A DNA stretch of 64,000 nucleotides from Candidatus Omnitrophota bacterium (GTDB taxonomy: Bacteria > Omnitrophota > Gorgyraeia > Zapsychrales > JANLHA01). The translations under genes and the position numbers were made by a program. Every line of letters starts with the position of its first letter. Position 1 is the first letter of the stretch. The stretch is from positions 8,173 to 72,172 of the forward strand of contig JBFMEN010000029.1 of the NCBI GenBank assembly GCA_040753435.1. Reading direction: 5' to 3'. The notes under the pieces are model-generated. The model had not been told where the DNA came from and searched no databases. It saw nothing but the letters and a program-made list of their open reading frames with translations. Positions 28,601-38,700 of the stretch are shown in pieces.

Positions 28601-31448
28601 CATGCGTGTTTTTAAAGACCGTTTTGAGATCGGCAATCCGATGGTGGAAGAGGCCCTCTTTTTGTCCCAGCCGCGATTTTTGCGGTATCTGGATTCTCTC
28701 CTTTACCGGCGGTTTTATTATGATGAAAAGGAAAAAAAGATTGTTGATCCCAGGGTCAAAGATCCGGTCCTCGACGATGCTGTTGCCCGGACCATGGGTT
28801 CGGCCACGGATGCATCAAATTTTGGATGGGCGAAAATTTTACTGGCCCCGCAGGATTTGACCGATGATCAGATCAAGGATATTTTCAACCGGATATGGCC
28901 GGTGTTTCAGGATCTCTATGCCAGGGACTTAAAGACCGAGGTGAATTGGCGGGCCTATCAGCGCAAGATGCGGGAAGAACGTCAGCAGGCGAGACGTCAA
29001 CAGTTCGAGCAGCTGTCGCCGGAAGGACTTCAGGATCTCGAGGATTACTTCAACAGCCTGCCGGAAGAAACCCGGGAGGCGATCCGCCAGGCTGCCGAAA
29101 AGATGCTGCGCGGGCAAATGGAACAGTTCGGAGAGCAGGGGCAGGACAGGGGACAGGAACAGGGCATGGAAGGGATGGAGGGCATGGAAGGCATGCCCAT
29201 GCCCGAAATGGAAGGAAAGACGGGCCGAAAACAACAACCGGGCAAAGGAGGTTCCAGGGGTTCTCAGCAAACACTTCCCTCCGGAGCACGGCCAGGCCAG
29301 GAAATGTCCGAAGGGGAAGGCGGCGGGGAAATTTCACCTGAACAAATGCGCGGCATGATAGAGGATATCGGACGACAGTTAAAAGGTTTGGAACAGCAGA
29401 TCGATGATATTTCAAACGGGTTGAATGCCGCCCGGTCTCAGACGGAAAATCTGGACCGCGGCGCGAAAGATCTTGACCAGTCCCGGGAATTGGAACAACA
29501 GCGTGAGAAGTCCACGGACCTGCACAAAAAAGCAAAAGATTTACAGGACGATGTTCAGGGGATTTTGAATCAGGGCCGCCGGGTGGAAGAGAGAAGCCGT
29601 CATCAGGAAGACATGTCCCGGGGAATGCAAAACGGCCTGCCTTCTCCGGAAGAAGGAGAAGGAGTTGCCGAGGATTCCAGGGACCTTTCGGGGAAGGCGC
29701 AGGAACTGCTCGATAAATTATCCGGACTTCAGCAAAAGGCTAATCAGCTGGAGAGAAGCACGGGAAATCTTGAGCAAAAATATGGAGAGCATCATCCAGA
29801 TGATTCCCAGGTGGCAAGCCAGTTGCGTGATGTCGAGCGTTCTATCAAGGAAATGAAAGATCAGATTGACCAAGGCCGAGGGGCCGAACGGTCCATGCTT
29901 CGGCAATTGCATGAACTGGAACAGGGAATAGAGAAGCTGGAGAGATCTTTGGATGCGGCCCGTCAATCAGCAGCGGCGGGCAAACAACCGGTTTCAGGAC
30001 AGGAAGACAAGGGAGTCAAGGGCGCCCCAAAATCTTTGGCCTCACAAGCTCCCGCCAATTCCGGAACGAATCAACAATCATCAAGCGAGCCGATTTCCGC
30101 ATCCTCATCTCAGCCGCAGTCTTCAGGTGCCACGGCTTTAAAAGATAACGATCAATCGAAAGAACCGCAAAGCAGTCAATCTTCCGGGACGCTGCATAAG
30201 ACACCGGATACCCTTGATATGCCCAACGCGGAAAGTCTGGAGGAAATGCTTCGGGAATCTCCGGCGGAACGGGCCGACCGTCCCCGACCGAAAAGAAAAG
30301 TGCCTGATCTTAAGGCGGCCCGCCAGTATGAAGAGGATTTGCTTCAGAAAAAAACAGGACTTAACGCGAATCAGCGCGCCGAGCTGGAAACGTATTACAA
30401 CAAAAGAGTCAGATATAAGGGAAGGGAGATGACAGTCCGGCAGCTTGTTAACGACATGACAGAGCGGCTCAAGATATTGACGCTGCCAGTCGAGGATGTC
30501 GGCTTTCAGGGCAACCTGGAGCACGGACCTGTTTTTGATCCGGTCAAGGCTGTCATCGGGCATGACGCTCCTTATGGACAATGGCGGCCCAAGGAACCTT
30601 TGTCGGTTAAGATTACATTTCTTCTTGATAACAGCGTCAGTATGGATTTGGAGTTGGAAGGTGGCGTTAAGCGGATCGATGTCGTCAGACTGACCACGTT
30701 CATTTTATTGAACGCCCTGCTCAATCATAATGAGGAGCGAGCCCGGCTGGGGTATGATCCGATCGAATTTGAGATTGCCTTGTTCGAGGATTCCGAGGCA
30801 AAGCCTCTTGTGTCGCATGAGACAGTCCGGGAGAAAAATTTCCGCAAAGATCGTTTGTTGTATGAAACATGGAACGGGCTCAACGCCGCCGGGCCGGCAA
30901 CGTATTACGCGCAGAATTTGAAAAAATTTACGGCGAGACTCGCCGGCGCTCTGGATAAAGGGTTTGAAAAAAGCACCAGAATTTTAGTGAGTGTCAGTGA
31001 TGAAGATGTGGATGAAGCGCAAAAACAAGACATCCTGGAGACCTATGCTCAGGCGGAAGCGGCAGGACTGCATTTGTTTGTCGCTCCTGTTGGTAACCAA
31101 AAGCTTCTCCGGGACACGATGGATCTCCATCGGGATCATAAAGAACGCGTGATCCGCCCGTTCCCTGTTCCTGAATTTCCCGCCAACGTCATGGACGCTT
31201 TGATGGAGACAATTCCTTCGTTCGAGGCAATGGCCGGCAGGGACGGCGCCATGTTGACGGAAGAACCCAAAGCCATAGAAGGATACAAGCATTTCTTTAC
31301 CCAGAAAATCAACGGACGAGAGTATCTTGTGTTTCACGGGGAGATACCCGCCGTTATTGGGAGCGTGGACATGGAAGGCCTGGATTTGTGCCGGACAAAA
31401 GAGTTCCCGACATCTCTCCGAATGAAGACAAGATCGTCAGGATTTTAG
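25623..31448 (+). CDS. Giant-locus ORF 1 (1941 aa). It has an N-terminal hydrophobic signal/anchor, an HExxH motif, E/Q/G-rich coiled-coil and low-complexity segments, an S/Q-rich linker, and a C-terminal von Willebrand factor A domain with a MIDAS motif. The likely true start is the ATG at 25678.
   Basis: MIRRITASIILAVFILTIPAQMG hydrophobic segment. VVEHELTHYG at 27651-27680. GMEGMEGMEGMPMPEMEG and long heptad-like stretches at about 29000-29950. vWA: KITFLLDNSVSMD (DxSxS, 30621-30647) ... ETWNGLNAAGPATYY ... ILVSVSDEDVD. Confidence 0.8.
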   Translation: MLLFPERKSFHFKKIGLFMIRRITASIILAVFILTIPAQMGIAQVFTPVPMPTQTVGISNTFFPPLMVGIQVDPQNPLKFDFFMSKGQEKLEENIKKQEYLKILRYFLASMTIPEDHLWVNLSPTEKDRIIADDFSRTQMGMDLLAQDYFLKQLTSSLMNPDDESGKKFWKKIKKEAKKRYGITEIQTSVLNRVWVLPEKAIVYEQEKSAWVIYCRLKVMLEEDFLSSPDPQFPGSAAKDLTGAPGHGGTGELEKQVMREVIIPELEREVNEGKNFAVLRQIVNAMVMAEWYKRSLKESILGKAYVNQSKVSGIDTEDFKRKQQIYDAYLKSFQQGVYDFIYEDIDEETGAISPQHYFSGGYQPDLKKAVSVVDDPGEIPLQYRVPSEQYIKKVTQSGIDRVTGGAQLVSSPEQQSTPAKSPSGENLSTKGKDIPSDKEAAEKGSTGKQGGGLDHAMLADFKPSKDYSRLEFPELAEDFFQLMQKFVESLDEEEWGQAKQVYVDLKTMTGFLSGKAKAQSFEDFRKTTGAILDRTEIFLQLFGGRQVNTEQGSAVSVDMNVLQKEMVQIGQKKFSEQTRKLIDQIIEEVVSELFDDEAEKRKWREKLTRDIVMMNFENMIPEKVIGDIAAHKDYLISTVLEMTKGLGQAEGFFDPYASSRKVFLKDFDGNEALFRGVVEHELTHYGIFRIPEQWENISFAVSLLAAISFAEKQGQAIDVYFKEFSDPHVFTPALVKALFEKGRVMGQGGETGFIVSPGVSDRNAGYFSTEYLLSLTREVFEETGARTDLLHDDYQKQRAAGMMIAGMLLGMNDKDAAKKPLRLLKDFFDVLYERYGDPTEASPQTGSGVKKLIQDLEKYLSSSAGMIVKLKPVASGSWNFRTTGQFSAEVDFVISDLFPRFYDGKDKNDAEGQMEAARERAFGQAFLALSKTKNGMRHLMHGLDPSIQNEPASIHLWDTLLLSKSAKIGVDVNAQKLRTGSIEEQFTGSGRWIMRVFKDRFEIGNPMVEEALFLSQPRFLRYLDSLLYRRFYYDEKEKKIVDPRVKDPVLDDAVARTMGSATDASNFGWAKILLAPQDLTDDQIKDIFNRIWPVFQDLYARDLKTEVNWRAYQRKMREERQQARRQQFEQLSPEGLQDLEDYFNSLPEETREAIRQAAEKMLRGQMEQFGEQGQDRGQEQGMEGMEGMEGMPMPEMEGKTGRKQQPGKGGSRGSQQTLPSGARPGQEMSEGEGGGEISPEQMRGMIEDIGRQLKGLEQQIDDISNGLNAARSQTENLDRGAKDLDQSRELEQQREKSTDLHKKAKDLQDDVQGILNQGRRVEERSRHQEDMSRGMQNGLPSPEEGEGVAEDSRDLSGKAQELLDKLSGLQQKANQLERSTGNLEQKYGEHHPDDSQVASQLRDVERSIKEMKDQIDQGRGAERSMLRQLHELEQGIEKLERSLDAARQSAAAGKQPVSGQEDKGVKGAPKSLASQAPANSGTNQQSSSEPISASSSQPQSSGATALKDNDQSKEPQSSQSSGTLHKTPDTLDMPNAESLEEMLRESPAERADRPRPKRKVPDLKAARQYEEDLLQKKTGLNANQRAELETYYNKRVRYKGREMTVRQLVNDMTERLKILTLPVEDVGFQGNLEHGPVFDPVKAVIGHDAPYGQWRPKEPLSVKITFLLDNSVSMDLELEGGVKRIDVVRLTTFILLNALLNHNEERARLGYDPIEFEIALFEDSEAKPLVSHETVREKNFRKDRLLYETWNGLNAAGPATYYAQNLKKFTARLAGALDKGFEKSTRILVSVSDEDVDEAQKQDILETYAQAEAAGLHLFVAPVGNQKLLRDTMDLHRDHKERVIRPFPVPEFPANVMDALMETIPSFEAMAGRDGAMLTEEPKAIEGYKHFFTQKINGREYLVFHGEIPAVIGSVDMEGLDLCRTKEFPTSLRMKTRSSGF

Positions 31449-32788
31449 ACACTTTTTACCCTCTCGCAAAAAATTACACCTCATATTCAAACGATGGGAA
31501 GTATCTGATCCGTAAAGTTCAGGATGGTCTGATCGAGGTCCTGGAAAGCGATCAGGATGTGTTATTTAACATTGCAAACAGTAATATGGGACCGGCGATG
31601 CGTTTGGGTGCAATAAAGAAGATGAAAGAGTTGATTAAAAACGGAAAGAACGTTAAGAAATGGACAAGGATGCTGGAAGAAGTTATCCAGAGGGAAGCAG
31701 ATTTAGAAGTTTTTATCGCATTGGGAGAAGCGCTTGGAGCGGGGTATAAGGCGGGAGCTCCGGTGGGAATAACGGAGGAATGGTTTATAGCGAAATTACA
31801 TGTCGGAAAAGGGAGTATTCGTTCAGGCATGGTAAAGATGATTCAGGGAGTGATTGAAAGCGAGAAGGGCGGTGAAAAGTGGGTCAGGATGCTGGAAGAA
31901 ATGATCCATAGGGAAACAGATCCGGAAGTTTTTATCGCATTGGGAGAAGCGCTTGGAGCGGGGTATAAGGCGGGAGCTCCTGTGGGATTAACGGAAGCAG
32001 TGATTAAAGCAAATTTGAACACCGGAAACGGCATTGAGAATTGGGGAGTTCGTTTAGCTGCCGTGAAGATGATCCAGGGGTTGATTGAAGGCAGGATTGC
32101 TGTTGCGAAGTGGGTGAGAATATTGGAAGAACGTTTCAAGGTTGAAACAGAGAGGGATGTTCTAGGCGCGGTGGTCGAAGCGCTGGCAGCGGGGTATAAG
32201 GCGGGAGCTCCTGTGGGATTAACGGAAGCAGTGATTAAAGCAAATTTGAACACCGGAACCGGCGTTGAGAATTGGGGAGTTCGTTTAGCTGTCGTGAAGA
32301 TGATCCAGGGGTTGATTGAAAGCAGGATTGCTGTTGCGAAGTGGGTGAGAATATTGGAAGAACGTTTCAAGGTTGAAACAGAGAGGGATGTTCTAGGCGC
32401 GGTGGTCGAAGCGCTGGCAGCGGGGTATAAGGAGGGGGCCTCTGTGGGATTAATAGACGCAGGGATTAAAGAAAGATTAAACACCGGAAATGGCATCGAG
32501 AGCCGGAGAGTTCGTTTGGCTGCTGCGAAGGTAGCCCAGAGATTGATTGAAAGGGAGAAGCGCGATGAAGGATGGGTGGGGTTGATTGAAAGCAGGATTG
32601 CTGTTGCGAAGTGGGTGAGAATATTGGAAGAACGCTTCAAGGTTGAAACAGATCCGGAAGTTTTGATCGCATTGGCAGAAGCGCTGGCAGCGGGGTATAA
32701 GGCGGGAGCTCCTGTGGGATTAACGGAAGCAGTGATTAAAACAAATTTGAACACCGGAAACGGCGTTGAGAATTGGGGAGTTCGTTAG
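31388..32788 (+). CDS. Giant-locus ORF 2 (466 aa) made of HEAT/ARM-like helical repeat units. It is probably the same gene as ORF 3, interrupted by a 1-nt frameshift, and possibly continuous with ORF 1 through a -1 frame change.
   Basis: About 77-aa units KWVRMLEE.IQRE.D.EVFIALGEALGAGYKAGAPVG(I/L)TE... The frame is open upstream to 31174 (61-nt overlap with ORF 1). It ends at a TAG created where gttcgtttagct became gttcgttagct. Confidence 0.7.
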   Translation: MPDKRVPDISPNEDKIVRILDTFYPLAKNYTSYSNDGKYLIRKVQDGLIEVLESDQDVLFNIANSNMGPAMRLGAIKKMKELIKNGKNVKKWTRMLEEVIQREADLEVFIALGEALGAGYKAGAPVGITEEWFIAKLHVGKGSIRSGMVKMIQGVIESEKGGEKWVRMLEEMIHRETDPEVFIALGEALGAGYKAGAPVGLTEAVIKANLNTGNGIENWGVRLAAVKMIQGLIEGRIAVAKWVRILEERFKVETERDVLGAVVEALAAGYKAGAPVGLTEAVIKANLNTGTGVENWGVRLAVVKMIQGLIESRIAVAKWVRILEERFKVETERDVLGAVVEALAAGYKEGASVGLIDAGIKERLNTGNGIESRRVRLAAAKVAQRLIEREKRDEGWVGLIESRIAVAKWVRILEERFKVETDPEVLIALAEALAAGYKAGAPVGLTEAVIKTNLNTGNGVENWGVR

Positions 32789-35700
32789 CTGCCGTGAAGA
32801 TGATCCAGGGGTTGATTGAAAGCAAAATTGATGTTGCGAAGTGGGTGAGAATGTGGGTGAGAATATTGGAAGAACGTTTCAAGGTTGAAACAGAGAGGGA
32901 TGTTCTAGGCGCGGTGGTCGAAGCGCTGGCAGCGGGGTATAAGGCGGGAGCTCCTGTGGGAATAACAGACGCAGGGATTGAAGAAAGATTGAACACCGAG
33001 AATTGGGGCGGTCGTTTGGCTGCCGTGAAGATGATTCAGGGGTTTATTGAACGCAGGATTGCTGTTGCGAAGTGGGTGAGAATATTGGAAGAACGTTTCA
33101 AGGTTGAAACAGATCCAGAAGTTTTGATCGCATGGGGCGAAGCGTTGGCGGCTGGGTATGGGGAGGGAGCCCCTGTGGGATTAACAGACGCAGTGAGTTC
33201 AGGGGAATGGCGCTCGTTGCGGGAATTCGGAAAATCTTCTGAAACAAAAGAGATCAACGGGGACAACGGCGAACGAATATTTGAAAATGCCCAGGGTCTG
33301 AGGTGGAAGATTAATGAAGAGGGAAATTTTCAGATCAGCCAGAATAATGGACAATTTATTCCGCTTAAGCAAAATCTCGAAGGGAACGGGCCACGGGATC
33401 TTTACGAAATAGACGCTTCAAGAATCCTTGCCTTTGATCAGATATCCGAGACAGTGAATGTTTTGGTAAAGGAAAATGATGCCTGGCGGGTCGAGCATGA
33501 GTTGATGATGGAAGAGGAGGATCGCGCGAATTCATGGGACGGGGTCATGCTGCGGCTGATCGGCGAGACCGGACTCGGAAAAGACGAGATTACTCTTGCC
33601 GCGGCGAACCTGATCGGTGAAGAGGTTTATGTGGCGGTCGGTAATTCAGATATGGATGTGGAAGATCTCGTTACAGGGTTTCAAAGTCTTGGCGGCCAGG
33701 AGAAAGGGACGTCGGGCGTTGAGCCGTCGGGCTTGAATAAAGTGATGCATAACGGCGGCTGGTATATTATCCGGGAAGCGCACAAACTTCGCCCCGGGGT
33801 TTTCAACGCGCTCAAGTCGCATGTTTCCGCCAAAGACCACAAGTGGCCGGTTATGCGTGACGGGATTGAGCGTTTTGAGACTATTCAGAACAATCCGCGA
33901 GCGCGGGTCGTTTTATCGGTGAACCGTATTCGTAAAGGCATCACCGGCGCGAGCACCGAGACCAACGGCCCGATGCAGGACAGGGAGCGGGATCTGGAAT
34001 TTTACTGGCTTGAACCCGATGATGAAGTGGACTTGCAGGTCGAATATGCCCTGGCCATGGCCCGGGAGAAGGGCCTTCACAGTGATGATTGGGAAACGTT
34101 TGAGGATCAGGTCAGGAAAGATGCCAGAGAGCTTGTGGATATCGCGGCTCAATTGCGGCTGACATTTGCCGGATATAACGCAGAACAGCAGGCCGAGATT
34201 CTGAGAGACTGGAATTTAATCGATTCCAAAAATCTTGTCCAAAAGATGGTAAAAGACTCCCGCATTAAACAATTGTTTGAAAGCGGCCCCGCCTTTGAAA
34301 CCGGGGAAATGCTCAAGCGCCCGCCGTCACCCCGTGTGGTCAAAAATATTTTGCAGCATTTGATCCTTTTCCCCAAAGACCGCCGCTACCGGTCTTTTGA
34401 AATCGTTAAAAAATATTACAACTTTCACGCGGAGATTTCCGGCGAGCTTGAAGAAGCGGCCATTGAAAAATTTACCGAGTGGGAAAGCAAAAGGCCCGAC
34501 AGTCATCCTGTAAAACTAACGGAAAAGTCATTTATTGTTGATGGACAGGATCTTATTATCCGCCCTGAACCGGAGGCGGATGGAACAACGTATTGGGATG
34601 AGGTGCGTGTGCCCCTGCATTCAAAAGCGTCTATCCGGACACGGGGAGTTCCCGGAGAAGTTTTGGACTGGATCAAAAGCGGAGCCAACGCACAAAATCT
34701 TTACTCCTATCTCCAGGGACGCGCCTTGGGCAAACACTGGATCTTCGTTGGAAAACCCGGCGCAGGAAAATCCACCATGATTGCCGCGATTCAAAAATTA
34801 TTGAACGCGCCCGGGAGCATGAAGCTTGAGATCACGGAAGAAACCCGAAAAGATCACCTGACGTATTCTCGTAACATTAAAGAGTTTGAAACCCGTTTTA
34901 CAAAAGAAGTCCTTCCGTCGGCCATGGAGGACGAATACGGGGAAGGACAGATCCTCAATTTAACCGAGAGCACGCAGGGCCGTCCCTCGATGCTGTCTTT
35001 GCTGAACGAGGTTTCCGAACGGAACGAACTCCCGGATCCGAATTCCAAAACGCAGGTGAAGAAGGCGAAGAGAGGTTTCGGCACGATTCATGATATTAAT
35101 CCCCCGGGCACAGCCGACCGGCTGAAGGCCTTTCCCGATGATTTTATCGAGCGGCACATGATTATGTGGTTTGATACGCCCCCTTCTGACCAGGTGACGA
35201 TGTATCTGGAAGAAGCAGGCCAGGGCAGGACGTTTCCCGAAGATATAAAATTTCAGGTCCATCCTTCTTTGATCGGGCAGCCGCGACAGGACGCGAACGG
35301 GAACAGCGAGAAATATGACGACGGGGAAATCAAATATACCGGTATCGTAGGTATAGGGCAGGAGATCAATCGCAAATTGATGGAAGATCCTTATTTTTTC
35401 CCGAAAGACAGAGAGATAAGCTACCGCAATCTCCAGGCCTTTGTCAAGGCGATCGTTGCCTATTATGAGCGCGATATCAGCATGGGCAACACCCCGCAGG
35501 ATGTTATTTTGAATCTTTTTATGGAAACGTTCACGCTTGAAGGCAAGCCGGGGAAAATGCTCGAATGGCGGACAAACATTTTAAAAGTATTTCAGGATTT
35601 GGGCTTGTATGATCCCCAGGCCGGCCAGGATGACGGCAGCGGCGGTATTGTTCCCGACGCGATTGAGAAATTCCTGAACAAGGAAGGAGTGCTCGTCCAG

Positions 35701-38700
35701 AATCTTCCGGTTTTAAAAGAACCGGATTCGGGATATCTGAACATTGACCGGATATTAAGGTTTTTGCAAACAAATACGGTTGGGCTGGGGATTCGAAGAA
35801 ATCTGGATGAGTTATCCAGTGAGGCCGGAAAGCTTTTGAGCGCAGAGACGAAAGAGTCTCTTTCGAAATGGAACGCGTTACCGGTGTCCGAAAAAGCCCG
35901 CCGCCTTCGCGCGATCCGTGAGATTTATGATGTGTTGGGGCTGATTAAAGAAAACCGGTTTGATTCAAAACAGGGCCCGGCCTATCAGTCAGAGGAGCAG
36001 GTCCGCCTGGGGGCGATTATCGAGCAGATTGTTTCAGTTATCGTTGTTCAATGGAACTGGCCCCAGGAGATTTTCACCCGCGCCGATTTAACAGAGACGG
36101 CCAAAATGTCATTAACGGAAATCCTTGACCGGCAAAGAGACAGGTTCCCGGAGATTTCAAACGCGATTTACAAAGTTATGTTGTCCGACGGGAAAAAGGA
36201 ATATCTTGATGAGCTTGAGAAAGAAATCGCGAAGAAGGGAAAGGATGTCAGCGCGCTTAAGGAAATTGTAAATATTTTAAAGCAGACAAGGGCCCTGTTT
36301 TTTCAAAATTTGATCAAATCATTGAATCAAAAAATCCGGGAAGAAGAGTTGGCGGTCAGCAATCGTCAACCGGACGCTCCTGATCAGGGAAATTGGACGC
36401 GAGCCCAGGTTGAAGAAGATCTGGCGCGTGTGAATCAGTCTCTTGCCGGAATCGAAAAAGAGCGCGGGTCGTTAATAAATAATGAGGTAAAGAATATTTC
36501 TCTGCGAGAGGGGAGAGACAAACTGTTGCAGAGAATTTCATTGAGAAAAGAAGCGCTTTTGTCGGATGTGCAAAAGCAGGACGGCAATGATTTTGATTGG
36601 GAGATTCGTTTGCGGGCAGTCAGGATCATTCAGAGTTTGGTGGAAGCGGGAGATGATAGTTGGGACATGCTCCTGGAAGAAAGGATTATGAGGGAAGATG
36701 ATTTTGATGTGTTGGAAGCGCTGGGGGAAGCCTTGGGAGCGGCTTATCGCGCGGGCGCCGATGTTGGGCTGGATGAGGAGAATATTCACTTGGGGCTTGA
36801 GGCGCAAGAAGATGAGATTCGTTTTGGAGCGGTCATGATGATCCGGGCGTTGATTGAAGGGGGAAATGATATTGAAAAATGGGTCAGACTTCTGGAAAAG
36901 GCGATTGAGAAGGAAGAGGAGTTTGCTGTATTAAGGGCAATGGGAGATGTTCTCGGTATGGGATATCAAGCGGGGGTTTCATCCGGTTTGAATAAAACGA
37001 CGGTTCGCAGACAATTGAATTCCGACAAAGGAAGCGAGAGTCGCGCTATCCAAAAGATTCGGGCGTTGATCAAAGGAGGAGATGCTGCGACAAGACAGCG
37101 ATGGGTTCGCATCTTGGAGAAGAGAATTTTGATTGAAGAAGAGCCGTCTCTTGTTAAAGGGCTGGGAGAGGTATTGGGGATAGCATATAAAGAAGGAGTT
37201 CGCTGTGGACTGGATAAAGCTAAAATTCAAAGCATGATTCAAACTCCGGGTGGTTCCCCGAATTCGGATTTCAGACTCGGCGCGCTTCAAATGATCCGAG
37301 GGTTGATTGAAAAAGGGATGGATGTTGGACACTGGGTGGAGGTTTTAGAAAAGGCGATTTCGGTTGAAATGGATCAGAAACTGTTGGACCTGATGGGAGA
37401 TGCCTTGGCGGTCGGATATCAGGCCGGGGCCCCGGTTGGTTTGGATGAAAATTTCATCAAGGCCGGTCTTGAAGTAAGGGGGATTGACCATTGGGAGGGA
37501 CACCGTTTAGGTGCGGTCAAGAGCATCCGGGCGTTGATTCAGGGAGGGCATGATGTTGAAAAATGGTCGAACGTCCTGGCAGAGCGAAGGGCGAAAGAAG
37601 ATAGTCCGATTGTTGTTCCGGCGATTCAAGAGGCAATGGAAATGGGGGTTGCTTATGAAAAAATCCGGAGGGGAGATTGGGAGAGCCTTGCGGAATGGAG
37701 TTCTCTGACAGATCTTTCGTCCGCATATGAGGCGTTAAGGGCAATCAACGCGATGAGCGCGAGAAAACAAAATTCTTTTTCTTCGGAATGGAAGGACCTG
37801 TTGATCCAAAAGATACGGGCGAGAGAATCCGAGTTGACCTTAAACTCCTCTCAAGAGGATTGGAAAATGCTTGTCGTCACTGTCAGAATTATTCAGCGGT
37901 TGATTGAATCGGGGGATGATGCTGAAAAATGGGTCGGTTTTTTGGAGGATGAAATTCGGGATGAAGTACGGCCGGATGTTTTAATGGCCTTTGGAGAAGC
38001 CCTGGGGGCTGTTTACCGGAAAGGAGCTCCGTTCGGATTACGTGAAGGAATGATTCGCGTGATGCTCAATGATGATGCATATTGGAAGACACGAGCCGGA
38101 GCAGCCAGGATGATTCAAGGGTTAATTGAGAGCGGGCAGACACCCAAAAAATGGGTTTCTGTTTTAAAACGGAGACTGAAGAGCGAAAGCGATGTGGATG
38201 TTTTACATCTTATTGGAAAAGCATTGGCAGCCGCTTACAGGAGAGGGCTTCTTGCTGGCGGAGATGAAACCAGAATAAAGAGGGATGTTGAAGGAATAAA
38301 CGCGGATTGGGATAAAGGCTTTATCGCTTTAAATGTAATTAAAAGTTTGATCGAGGATGGTCAGGAAGTTGAGAAATGGGTCAGGTTTCTGGAATCGAAA
38401 ATTAAAACCGAACAAGATGACAGTATTTTAAGGGTGATGATCGAGGCGTTGGGAGCTGGGTACAGGTTCGGAATACCTGTCGAACTGGATGTGGATACGA
38501 TCAAGGAGATCCTCTCTTTCAAAGAAGATGTTATAGATTGGGAAATTCGTTTTGCTGCGGACGGGCTCGTTTTGGAATTGATTAAACGCAGACACTTGCC
38601 TGGGACGTTGGTTAATCTTTTGGAACAACAGATGCTGGTGGAAACGCATTCCCGTGTTTTGCCCGCTTTAAGCGAGGCCCTGGAAGCGGGATACCGGGCC

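Noticed and set aside
31388-31448. Programmed -1 ribosomal frameshift between ORF 1 and ORF 2
   Set aside because: No X XXY YYZ slippery heptamer or obvious downstream pseudoknot is seen in the overlap. A sequencing indel or genuinely separate genes cannot be excluded, so it is reported only as a question.
31843-32754. 303-aa minus-strand ORF, plus many other 60-270-aa minus-strand ORFs across 31500-46900 (e.g. 40755-41567, 38361-38798)
   Set aside because: They lie antisense to the in-frame repeat array. Their low-complexity translations (PTGAPALYPA...) are simply the reverse complement of the HEAT-repeat codons repeated each unit. There are no independent start or ribosome-binding-site signals. 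They are treated as artefacts.
31860-33130. Possible CRISPR array suggested by regular near-identical repeats
   Set aside because: The period is 231 bp. The repeats are contiguous, with no unique spacers, and they maintain one long coding frame. There is no cas gene or leader. This is a tandem protein-repeat amplification, not a CRISPR array.
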